Position numbers and translations under genes: made by a program
Assembly (NCBI GenBank): GCA_965222075.1
Contig: OZ244937.1
Span: forward strand, 2,432,001-2,496,000
DNA length: 64,000 nucleotides
Origin: Candidatus Latescibacterota bacterium
Lineage (GTDB): Bacteria; Latescibacterota; UBA2968; GCA-2709665
Direction of reading: 5' to 3'
Notes under the pieces: model-generated
What the model was told of the DNA's origin: nothing
What the model saw: the letters and a program-made list of their open reading frames with translations, nothing else
Database searches by the model: none
Part shown: positions 52,668 through 60,814 of the stretch, piece by piece
Layout of the letters: every line of letters starts with the position of its first letter
Numbering within the stretch: position 1 is the first letter of the stretch

Positions 52668-53438
52668 ATGTCCAAAACCATCGCCATAGCCAATCAGAAG
52701 GGAGGGGTTGGCAAAACCACCACAGCGGTCAACCTCGCCGCCTGCCTGGCAACGGCGGAGAAAAAGACCCTGCTGATCGACATAGACCCCCAGGCCAACA
52801 CCACCAGCGGCTTCGGCGTTATCCTGGACGACGGGGATGCCTGCATCTACGAGGTCCTCCTCCAGGACTACCCCCTCCTGGAGATCGTCCAGGACACCGA
52901 AGTCCCCTATCTGAGCCTGGCCCCTTCTCACATCCGCCTCACCGGCGCCGAAGTCGAGATGGTCAGCATCGTCTCCAGAGAACGCCGGCTTCAGGCGCTT
53001 CAGACCGCGCTTGGCCCCGCCCGGGAGCACTACGAATATATCGTGGTCGACTGTCCACCCTCGCTGGGGCAGTTGACCCTCAATGCCCTCACCGCCGCCG
53101 ACTCTGTACTGATCCCCATCCAGTGTGAATACTACGCCCTGGAGGGACTGGGCAAGCTCCTGACCACCCTGCGTCTGGTGCAAAAACACCTCAACCCCCA
53201 GCTCCAGATCGAAGGCGTGCTCCTGACCATGTTCGACGGCAGGCTCAACCTCTCCCGGCAGGTCGCCGAAGAGACCAGAGCCCACTTTGGAGACAGGGTC
53301 TACAACACGGTGATCGCGCGCAACGTCAAACTCGGAGAAGCCCCCAGCTTCGGCAAGCCCATCATCCTCTACGACATCATGTCCCAGGGCGCGCAAAACT
53401 ACATCAACCTGGCCGGAGAGGTCATCAGCCATGGGTAA
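52668..53438 (+). CDS. parA: ParA/Soj ATPase
   Basis: [29 protein letters not shown]. Confidence 0.96.
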   Translation: MSKTIAIANQKGGVGKTTTAVNLAACLATAEKKTLLIDIDPQANTTSGFGVILDDGDACIYEVLLQDYPLLEIVQDTEVPYLSLAPSHIRLTGAEVEMVSIVSRERRLQALQTALGPAREHYEYIVVDCPPSLGQLTLNALTAADSVLIPIQCEYYALEGLGKLLTTLRLVQKHLNPQLQIEGVLLTMFDGRLNLSRQVAEETRAHFGDRVYNTVIARNVKLGEAPSFGKPIILYDIMSQGAQNYINLAGEVISHG

Positions 53439-54327
53439 ACAACGCAAGGCCCTGGGCAAGGGCCTTGGCGCCCTCATCCCCGGCGCCAATGAAGAGACAT
53501 TGCACACCCCTTCAGAAGACGCGGCCGACCAGGGGCAACGCGTGGTCGAAATCGAAATTGCAGACATCGAGCCCAACCCCCACCAGCCCCGCACGGCATT
53601 CGACCCTGAAGCCGTGGACGAACTGGCGCAATCCATCCGGCAAAAGGGGATCATCCAGCCCGTCGTGGTGCGCCGCTTCGGCACCGGTTATCAACTCATC
53701 GCCGGAGAACGCCGCCTCCGCGCAGCGCGGCAGGCAGACCTCCAGAGCGTGCCGGCGCTTATCCTCAACATCGGCACCGATGAGGAAATGATGGAAATCT
53801 CGCTGATCGAAAACATCCAGCGGGAAGACCTCAACCCCATCGAAGAAGCCAGGGCCTACCGGACGCTGATGGAGGAATGCGTCCTGACCCAGGAGGAAGT
53901 TGCCCGGAAAGTCGGCAAAGACCGCTCCACAGTGGCCAACACCCTCCGCCTGCTCAACCTCTCCTCCCAAGTCCGGGAAGCCCTTCAAACCGACCAGATC
54001 TCCATGGGGCATGCCCGGGCCCTCTTGGGAGTGGAAGACGACCGGCTGCAGGCGGCCCTCTGTAAACAGATCGTCTCTCAGGACCTCTCCGTGCGCAGAG
54101 TCGAAGCCCTTGTAAAAGCCTACCGGGATGGAAAAACAGACCGGCCCAAAACGGCCTCCCACACCCATGACCCCCAGATCGTTTCAATAGAAGAGGATCT
54201 GCAGCGCCGCTTCGGCACGGGCATCAACATCAGCCGCCGGGGCAAAAAGGGAAAGATCGAAATCGAATTCTACAGCGACGACGACCTGGAGCGCCTCCTG
54301 GACATCCTCAGAGAGACCGCATTTTAG
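53431..54327 (+). CDS. parB: ParB/Spo0J
   Basis: [28 protein letters not shown]. Confidence 0.96.
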   Translation: MGKQRKALGKGLGALIPGANEETLHTPSEDAADQGQRVVEIEIADIEPNPHQPRTAFDPEAVDELAQSIRQKGIIQPVVVRRFGTGYQLIAGERRLRAARQADLQSVPALILNIGTDEEMMEISLIENIQREDLNPIEEARAYRTLMEECVLTQEEVARKVGKDRSTVANTLRLLNLSSQVREALQTDQISMGHARALLGVEDDRLQAALCKQIVSQDLSVRRVEALVKAYRDGKTDRPKTASHTHDPQIVSIEEDLQRRFGTGINISRRGKKGKIEIEFYSDDDLERLLDILRETAF

Positions 54328-54424
54328 AAGCTGGCTATCCCAGCGTATCCGATCCGAACCACCAGGGCCGACCGTAGCGAGTCGGCCCCTTTTATGCAAC
54401 CCAGCGGGAGGCCGATCGTCTCCT

Positions 54425-54448
54425 GTAGAGGCGATGCACGCGTCCCCC
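54425..54448 (+). repeat. Degenerate GTAG-type REP
   Basis: GTAGAGGCGATGCACGCGTCCCCC, intergenic; related to the copy at 55517. Confidence 0.45.
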
Positions 54449-54475
54449 GGGCATGCACACATTTTGGGAGAACCT

Positions 54476-55414
54476 ATGCTGGGAAACCTCCTCAACAGAT
54501 TCAAAAAGGGACTGACCAAAACCCGGGAAGGGATGTTTGGAAAGATCAGGGAGGTCATCCGCCGCCACCCGGAACTCGACGAGCAGACCTTAGAGGACAT
54601 CGAAGACATCCTCATCCAGGCCGATGTGGGTGTCGACCCTACCCTGCGCATCATAGACCGCCTCCGGGAACGGGTGAAAATCCACCATGCGCCTGCCGAG
54701 GCCGAGGGGATTGTACAACGCTTCCTCGAAGCGGAAATCCTCCAAATCCTCCAGTCGCCGCAACCCCAGGCCCAACCCTCACCGGCCGCAACCCCTTATG
54801 TCATCCTCGTGGTGGGGGTCAACGGCGTGGGGAAAACCACCACCATCGGTAAAATGGCTGCACGCTACAGGGCCGGTGGCAAGCGGGTGCTCTTGGCCGC
54901 CTGCGACACCTTCCGAGCCGCTGCCATCGACCAGCTTTCCATCTGGGCCGAGCGCACGGGCGCCGACCTCGTCCGCCACCGGCCCGGCGCCGATGCGGCC
55001 TCCGTGGCCTTCGACGCCCTCTCCGCCGCCAGGTCCAGGGGCATCGACATCGTCCTCATCGACACTGCCGGGCGCCTGCACACCAGGGTCAACCTGATGG
55101 GTGAACTCAAAAAGATTCGACGCGTGCTGGGCAAGTGCCAGGACGGCGCCCCCCACGAAACCCTGCTCGTCCTGGATGCCGCCACCGGCCAGAACGCCAT
55201 TGCCCAGGCCCGTCAGTTCCACACCGACCTGGACATCACCGGCCTGATCCTTGCCAAACTCGACGGCACCGCCAAGGGCGGGGTAGTCATCGCCATTGCC
55301 GACGAACTCGGCCTCCCGGTCCGCATGATCGGCTTTGGAGAAGGCCCGGACGACTACAACGACTTTGACCCCGACGCCTTTGTCAAAGCCCTCTTCGAAG
55401 ATATCAAAGAATAA
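54476..55414 (+). CDS. ftsY: Signal recognition particle receptor
   Basis: [31 protein letters not shown]. Confidence 0.96.
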   Translation: MLGNLLNRFKKGLTKTREGMFGKIREVIRRHPELDEQTLEDIEDILIQADVGVDPTLRIIDRLRERVKIHHAPAEAEGIVQRFLEAEILQILQSPQPQAQPSPAATPYVILVVGVNGVGKTTTIGKMAARYRAGGKRVLLAACDTFRAAAIDQLSIWAERTGADLVRHRPGADAASVAFDALSAARSRGIDIVLIDTAGRLHTRVNLMGELKKIRRVLGKCQDGAPHETLLVLDAATGQNAIAQARQFHTDLDITGLILAKLDGTAKGGVVIAIADELGLPVRMIGFGEGPDDYNDFDPDAFVKALFEDIKE

Positions 55415-55516
55415 AACAACCAATTGTTTATAATAAAATTATTCACATTATAGAAAAACCTTGATGTTAACGTTAAAGTTGGGTATATTCCCGTCAGACG
55501 GCCTGATCCTCCACCT

Positions 55517-55543
55517 GTAGGGGCAAACGGCCGGTCGCCCCTT
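55517..55543 (+). repeat. GTAG-type REP
   Basis: GTAGGGGCAAACGGCCGGTCGCCCCTT hairpin. Confidence 0.55.
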
Positions 55544-55561
55544 AAGACACCAGGAATCCCA

Positions 55562-56779
55562 ATGTCGGTCAAAACCCCCATCTACATGGACTGCCATGCC
55601 ACCACGCCTGTCGATGAGCGGGTGCTGGAAGCCATGCTCCCCTATTTTGGCGAAAAATTCGGGAACGCAGCCAGCCGCACCCACACCTTTGGGTGGACCG
55701 CCGAAGCCGCCGTGGACGATGCTCGGCAACAGGTTGCCTCGCTGATCGGCGCAAAGCCCACAGAGATCATCTTTACCAGCGGGGCAACCGAGGCCGACAA
55801 CCTGGCCATCAAGGGCGTGACCGCCATGCACCCGGACCGGAGGGCGCACATCGTCACGCAGGCCACCGAGCACCACGCCGTCCTCGACCCCTTGAAGGCC
55901 CTGAAGCGGCAGGGCTACGGGATTACCGTACTGCCGGTCGACCGCTACGGGCGGGTCAGCCCGGAGGCCGTGGCCTTGGCCATCACGGACGAAACCACCC
56001 TGGTCTCCATCATGGCCGCCAACAACGAAATCGGCACCCTTCAACCCATCGCCGAAATCGGATCGATCTGCAAAGAACGGGGCGTTCTCTTCCACACCGA
56101 TGCCACCCAGGCCGTGGGCAAAATCTCCATTCACGTCGAGGCCCTGAACATCGACCTTCTCTCCCTCTCCGCCCACAAACTCTACGGGCCCAAAGGCGTC
56201 GGCGCGCTTTACGTGCGCAGCCGCCCCCGGGTGCGGCTCATCGCCCAGATGGACGGCGGAGGCCACGAACGGAGCATGCGCTCCGGCACTTTGAACGTAC
56301 CCGGAATCGTCGGCCTGGGGGCAGCCTGTGAAATCGCCGGCGCCGAAATAGCCTCGGAAGGCCCACGGATTCGGAAGCTCCGGGACCGCCTGGAAGAAAA
56401 AATCGCCGGCGGCCTCAACGAGGTCCACCTCAACGGCCATCCTCAAGAACGGCTCGACGGCAACCTCAATCTCAGCTTCGCCGGCGCGGACGGAGAAAGC
56501 CTCCTGATGGGACTCGGTGAAATCGCCCTCTCTTCCGGGTCGGCCTGCACATCGGCCACCTTAGAGCCCTCTTACGTCCTCCGGGCCCTTGGTGTGAAAG
56601 ACGACCTGGCCCAGAGCAGCCTCCGGTTCGGACTGGGCCGCTTCAATACCCAGGCTGAGGTCGCCCACGTCGTCGACCGGGTCATCGCAGAAGTCAACCG
56701 CCTGCGGGAGATCTCGCCCTTCTCAAAACGTGAAACCAGGGCGCGAAGACGAGCCAGTGTTTCACCTTTCACACCTTGA
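55562..56779 (+). CDS. iscS: Cysteine desulfurase
   Basis: ATTP, FTSGATE, SAHKLYGPKG, SSGSACTS. Confidence 0.94.
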   Translation: MSVKTPIYMDCHATTPVDERVLEAMLPYFGEKFGNAASRTHTFGWTAEAAVDDARQQVASLIGAKPTEIIFTSGATEADNLAIKGVTAMHPDRRAHIVTQATEHHAVLDPLKALKRQGYGITVLPVDRYGRVSPEAVALAITDETTLVSIMAANNEIGTLQPIAEIGSICKERGVLFHTDATQAVGKISIHVEALNIDLLSLSAHKLYGPKGVGALYVRSRPRVRLIAQMDGGGHERSMRSGTLNVPGIVGLGAACEIAGAEIASEGPRIRKLRDRLEEKIAGGLNEVHLNGHPQERLDGNLNLSFAGADGESLLMGLGEIALSSGSACTSATLEPSYVLRALGVKDDLAQSSLRFGLGRFNTQAEVAHVVDRVIAEVNRLREISPFSKRETRARRRASVSPFTP

Positions 56780-56795
56780 AAAGGAGCTTGTTACC

Positions 56796-57608
56796 GTGCA
56801 AATGCAGCCCGGCCCACCTCAGCCCCTCCCGGAAGTCCGGCACACCATCGCCGTATCCAGCGGGAAAGGAGGCGTCGGCAAAACCACCGTCAGCGTCAAC
56901 CTCTCGGTTGTCCTGGCCAGGTTAGAAGGCGCCGTGGGCCTCTTAGATGCCGACATCTACGGTCCCAACGTACCCATGATGATGGGCGTCAAGAAACAGC
57001 CCGAGGCCGTTGACGGCAAAATCCTTCCCCTCGAAAATTACGGCGTCAAGCTGATGTCGCTCGGCTTCATCACCGGCGAAGACACCCCGGTCATCTGGCG
57101 CGGGCCCATTGTCGGGAAAATCATCCAGCAGTTCCTCACCGATGTTGTCTGGGGCGCGCTTGAACACCTCATCGTCGACCTCCCCCCCGGTACTGGCGAT
57201 GCCCAGTTGACCCTCGCCCAGACGATCCCCTTAAGCGGTGCGGTGATCGTCACCACCCCCCAGGATGTGGCGCTGGAAGACGTTCGACGCAGCATCGCCA
57301 TGTTCCGGAAGGTCGATGTCCCTATCCTGGGCGTGGTCGAGAACATGAGCTACTTTGTCTGTCCCTGCTGCAAAGACCGGGCCCCCATCTTCGGAGAGGG
57401 CGGAGGCGGTAAAATCGCAGCCTACTTCGACATCCCCCTCCTGGGCCAGATCCCCATCGTTCCCGACATCCGTGAAGGGGGAGACAGGGGGAAGCCTGTT
57501 GCCGCTTCCGACGCTGAAACCGCCAAAACCTTTCTCCAAATCGCCCAAAATGTCGCAGAGCAACTCAACGCGCAGGAAGACACGGGCCCGGAGATCACCA
57601 TCTCATAA
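56796..57608 (+). CDS. mrp: Mrp/ApbC Fe-S cluster carrier ATPase
   Basis: [36 protein letters not shown]. Confidence 0.92.
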   Translation: MQMQPGPPQPLPEVRHTIAVSSGKGGVGKTTVSVNLSVVLARLEGAVGLLDADIYGPNVPMMMGVKKQPEAVDGKILPLENYGVKLMSLGFITGEDTPVIWRGPIVGKIIQQFLTDVVWGALEHLIVDLPPGTGDAQLTLAQTIPLSGAVIVTTPQDVALEDVRRSIAMFRKVDVPILGVVENMSYFVCPCCKDRAPIFGEGGGGKIAAYFDIPLLGQIPIVPDIREGGDRGKPVAASDAETAKTFLQIAQNVAEQLNAQEDTGPEITIS

Positions 57609-57676
57609 TAAGCATTCAATACATTGTTTCTGATCCTTTTTACGCACAGCAAACCCGCTTCCAAAGGGGGCACACG

Positions 57677-58861
57677 ATGGGCACAGCCTTCGACCAACAC
57701 ATCACCAGAGTCAAATCGGAAGTCCAGGAGATCTCCCCACAAGAGGCGCAGCAGCGTCTTGAGGAGGCGAACGCCATCCTGCTCCTGGATGTCCGGGAAC
57801 GTGAAGACTATGCGAACGGATACATTCGGGACGCAGAGAACCTGCCCCGGGGCTTTCTCGAGCTTCAAATAGAGGGAAAATCCAACGACCGGTCCGCCGC
57901 CATCCTGGTCTACGGCGATGAGAACCAGGGGCCGCTGGCCGCCCGCGACCTTCAAAACATGGGCTACACCGACGTAACCTGCATCGAAGGAGGATTTGAC
58001 GCCTGGGTCGCGGCGGGCCTCCCCCAGGCCCGGCACAGGGCCCTCAGCAAGGCCGAGGTCCAGCGCTACTCCAGACACCTCCTCGTCCCGGAAGTAGGGG
58101 AAAAGGGGCAGGGCAAGCTCTTAGACGCCAGGGTCCTGATGATCGGCGCCGGTGGCCTGGGAAGCCCGGCGGCGTTCTACTTAGCCGCCGCAGGAGTGGG
58201 CACCATCGGCATTGTGGACGCCGACATGGTCGATGTGACCAACCTGCAGCGCCAGATCCTCCACGGCACCTCCGACCTGGGGCGGCCCAAGGCCATCTCC
58301 GCCTATGAGACCCTCCGGGACCTCAATCCGGGGTGCAACGTCGTTCCATACGTGGACTACCTCTCCTCGGATAATGTGATGGATATCCTGGCCGACTACG
58401 ACATCGTGGTCAACGGGTGCGACAACTTCCCCACCCGCTATCTGATCAACGACGCCTGCGTCTTCACACGCAAGCCGCTTGTGGACGGATCCATCTTCCG
58501 CTTCGACGGCCAGGTGACGGTCTTTACCTGCGATTCGGAAGGGCCCTGCTACCGCTGCCTCTATCCCGAACCACCGCCCGCCGAACTGGCCCCCTCCTGC
58601 GCCGAGGCGGGCGTTCTGGGCGTGCTGCCGGGCACGGTTGGCGTGATCCAGGCCACGGAGACGATCAAACTTATCCTCGGCCAGGGCGACCCGCTCATCG
58701 GCAAGCTGCTGATGTATGACGCGCTTTCCATGAACTTCAAAACCTTCAAAATAAACCAGGATCCGAACTGCCCGGTATGTGGAGACAATCCGTCGGTCAC
58801 CGAACTGATCGACTACGAGGCCTTCTGCTCCGGAGTGAACCATCAGGTCGCTGCCGATTAG
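57677..58861 (+). CDS. moeB: Rhodanese-like + ThiF/MoeB adenylyltransferase (MoeZ/MoeR-like)
   Basis: LLDVRE...GGFDAW, RYSRH, GAGGLGS, NLQRQ, CYRC, CPVC. Confidence 0.9.
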   Translation: MGTAFDQHITRVKSEVQEISPQEAQQRLEEANAILLLDVREREDYANGYIRDAENLPRGFLELQIEGKSNDRSAAILVYGDENQGPLAARDLQNMGYTDVTCIEGGFDAWVAAGLPQARHRALSKAEVQRYSRHLLVPEVGEKGQGKLLDARVLMIGAGGLGSPAAFYLAAAGVGTIGIVDADMVDVTNLQRQILHGTSDLGRPKAISAYETLRDLNPGCNVVPYVDYLSSDNVMDILADYDIVVNGCDNFPTRYLINDACVFTRKPLVDGSIFRFDGQVTVFTCDSEGPCYRCLYPEPPPAELAPSCAEAGVLGVLPGTVGVIQATETIKLILGQGDPLIGKLLMYDALSMNFKTFKINQDPNCPVCGDNPSVTELIDYEAFCSGVNHQVAAD

Positions 58862-58873
58862 CGTTGACGCAAC

Positions 58874-58905
58874 AAAAGGGGCGCTCTTTTAAGAGCGCCC
58901 CTTTT
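58874..58905. terminator. Bidirectional intrinsic terminator
   Basis: AAAAGGGGCGCTCTT...AAGAGCGCCCCTTTT. Confidence 0.85.
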
Positions 58906-59081
58906 CTTTGTACGGCTTGTGCCTTCTGGTGGGTCAATTGGTTTGGTTATAGCCAATGGATTGATTTCGATGTATACTTGAGCATCGCCATAAGATTTAC
59001 CGGAGTAACATTTGCCCTGGAGGTGCTCGATGGCTCTGGGATAATCTCAGGTTACCACCGAAAAGTCCAATTCCGTCTGAA

Positions 59082-59134
59082 TCATAACAAGCGAAGGGCC
59101 GAATGGCCCGGAGCCGGGCACAGTCGTGTTATAG
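59082..59134 (-). other. Short attC-like site downstream of the GNAT gene
   Basis: Minus strand CTATAAC...GTTATGA with inner palindromes; its GGCACTTCCTATAAC end complements the cassette start. Confidence 0.55.
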
Positions 59135-59161
59135 GAAGTGCCAGCATGACAACTGCGCAGT

Positions 59162-59605
59162 TTATTCAGGCAATCTTACCATCTGAACGTGAGTAGAATC
59201 TTCATCGGCGATCTTGAATCCCAGCCTTTGGTAGAAGGCGATGCCACGGGGGTTGATCTTTAATACTTGAAGGGTCACAGCCTTCTCCTCAGCGCCAGCA
59301 TCGTCGATAATGCGTGTCATGCACGCTGACCCGATTCCTCTCCCCTGGTACTCAGGGAGGATAAAGAGCTGATGGACCTTGAGCGAATCGGAAGTAGAGG
59401 ATGTAGACAAGATACCAACGTCGTTTCCTTGAAATCGGATAACGTGAAAATCCTGTGAAGCAAACCGCGTATTATGTAGTTCCCTTTGATGGGTATGGTC
59501 CCAGCCCCAGACCTGTTCCACATATCCGCGGAATGCTGCCTCCTTCACGGCAAAGGCAAAGTCGCTGTCAAGCGCATTCGCCTTGCGAATGCTCAACTCC
59601 TCCAC
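59162..59605 (-). CDS. GNAT N-acetyltransferase (cassette gene)
   Basis: LFILPEYQGRGIGS, LQVLKINPRGIAFYQRLGF; GTG start assumed. Confidence 0.88.
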   Translation of the reverse strand: MEELSIRKANALDSDFAFAVKEAAFRGYVEQVWGWDHTHQRELHNTRFASQDFHVIRFQGNDVGILSTSSTSDSLKVHQLFILPEYQGRGIGSACMTRIIDDAGAEEKAVTLQVLKINPRGIAFYQRLGFKIADEDSTHVQMVRLPE

Positions 59606-59687
59606 GGCAAGACTCCCGATGCCACACTCGTCATGCGCCAAACTACTCACAACGTGTTGTCCCTGGTGACCATTTTGATGGCATTTC

Positions 59688-59853
59688 CTATAACGTTTGG
59701 CGTCTGCGACGGCTTCCGGTCCGGCGCAGCCGGATTGGCGCAGCAGTTGCCATTCGCTTCTTTTTAAAATCACTTGCAACTGACGTGACAAAGGAAGCTG
59801 TGTCCGAAGGGCCGAAGGAGCGTAGCGACTGAAGCGCAGACATGGTGTTGGAC
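59688..59853 (-). other. Long attC-like site
   Basis: Minus strand GTCCAAC-accat-GTCTGCG ... CGCAGAC-gccaaac-GTTATAG. Confidence 0.65.
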
Positions 59854-59950
59854 GAAGTTCTTGGGGTGGTGCCACTATCAGTTTTACATTCAAGGCGTTG
59901 ATAAAGCACGCGACATTAGGATTCGTTGCTTTTTTTCAGGACAGAACGGG

Positions 59951-60793
59951 TTATCCAGTAGGATAGGCACAGTCTGCATTTCCATTATCATAACTCCAAT
60001 AAACCATTGTTGCACTATCTTTTCCCTTTTCTTGATCAACCCTTTTCAACACTTCCAACACATTTGATTTGATCCCAACTTGCCCATCTGTGTTCTTCCT
60101 GGATAAACTCTCATAAAGGAATTCGGAATTCTCAAAAGGTCGAGACCCGCATTCCAATAATCCATCAGTGATCATGACTATCTGATTCTCGCTTTTTCTC
60201 AATTCTCTTGTTCCTGATGTATAACAGGGTACCGGCAAATCAAAAGAACTCACCTGCCCAATCCACTCATAATAGCTCCTTTGATTTAGAGCGTACTGGC
60301 CAAGATGGGCCAGCTCCGAATGGAACAAATAAATAAGGCAGTCTCCAATTGAAAACCACCATAAAAACCGATCTCTTTGAACACAGATCAAGCAAGCAGT
60401 TTCCCCTCGAATCTGTTTGCATTTGGTCTTAAAATCCTCCGAAGTGAACAGATCAATAAGAAGCCGGTGTAGTAATGAAAATAGCTTCTCTACGGGTAGA
60501 CCCAAAATGGCAGTAATGCGCTCTTCCTCTGATTCAATCATATCCAGAACCAATTTCGCGCTTTGAATGCTATTGTGAGCATCGAGCAATACTGCAAACT
60601 TCCAAGCCCCATTTTCTGCACACCAAACTAAAGCTCCATCCTCATTTTTGACAGCACCAGCGTCTGAATTGCCTCCATAACAGCCGACAATGACATCTCT
60701 ACAAGTTTGGATGGTGGGTTCATCCAAATACATATTATCACTGCCTAACCACCTAAATTTCAAGATGTTTCCATGATGCTCCGGAGTTTCCAT
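59951..60793 (-). CDS. PP2C-like protein phosphatase domain protein
   Basis: KNEDG, LLDAH, SIGDC, ITDGLLE, KDSAT metal-binding motifs; low GC. Confidence 0.75.
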   Translation of the reverse strand: METPEHHGNILKFRWLGSDNMYLDEPTIQTCRDVIVGCYGGNSDAGAVKNEDGALVWCAENGAWKFAVLLDAHNSIQSAKLVLDMIESEEERITAILGLPVEKLFSLLHRLLIDLFTSEDFKTKCKQIRGETACLICVQRDRFLWWFSIGDCLIYLFHSELAHLGQYALNQRSYYEWIGQVSSFDLPVPCYTSGTRELRKSENQIVMITDGLLECGSRPFENSEFLYESLSRKNTDGQVGIKSNVLEVLKRVDQEKGKDSATMVYWSYDNGNADCAYPTG

Positions 60794-60814
60794 TTACCTT
60801 GCCCTCCTTTAGCC

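Noticed and set aside
56722-56773. Possible parS sites near parAB (ACGTGAAAC, TGTTTCAC)
   Set aside because: Only half-sites of TGTTTCACGTGAAACA, too degenerate to call.
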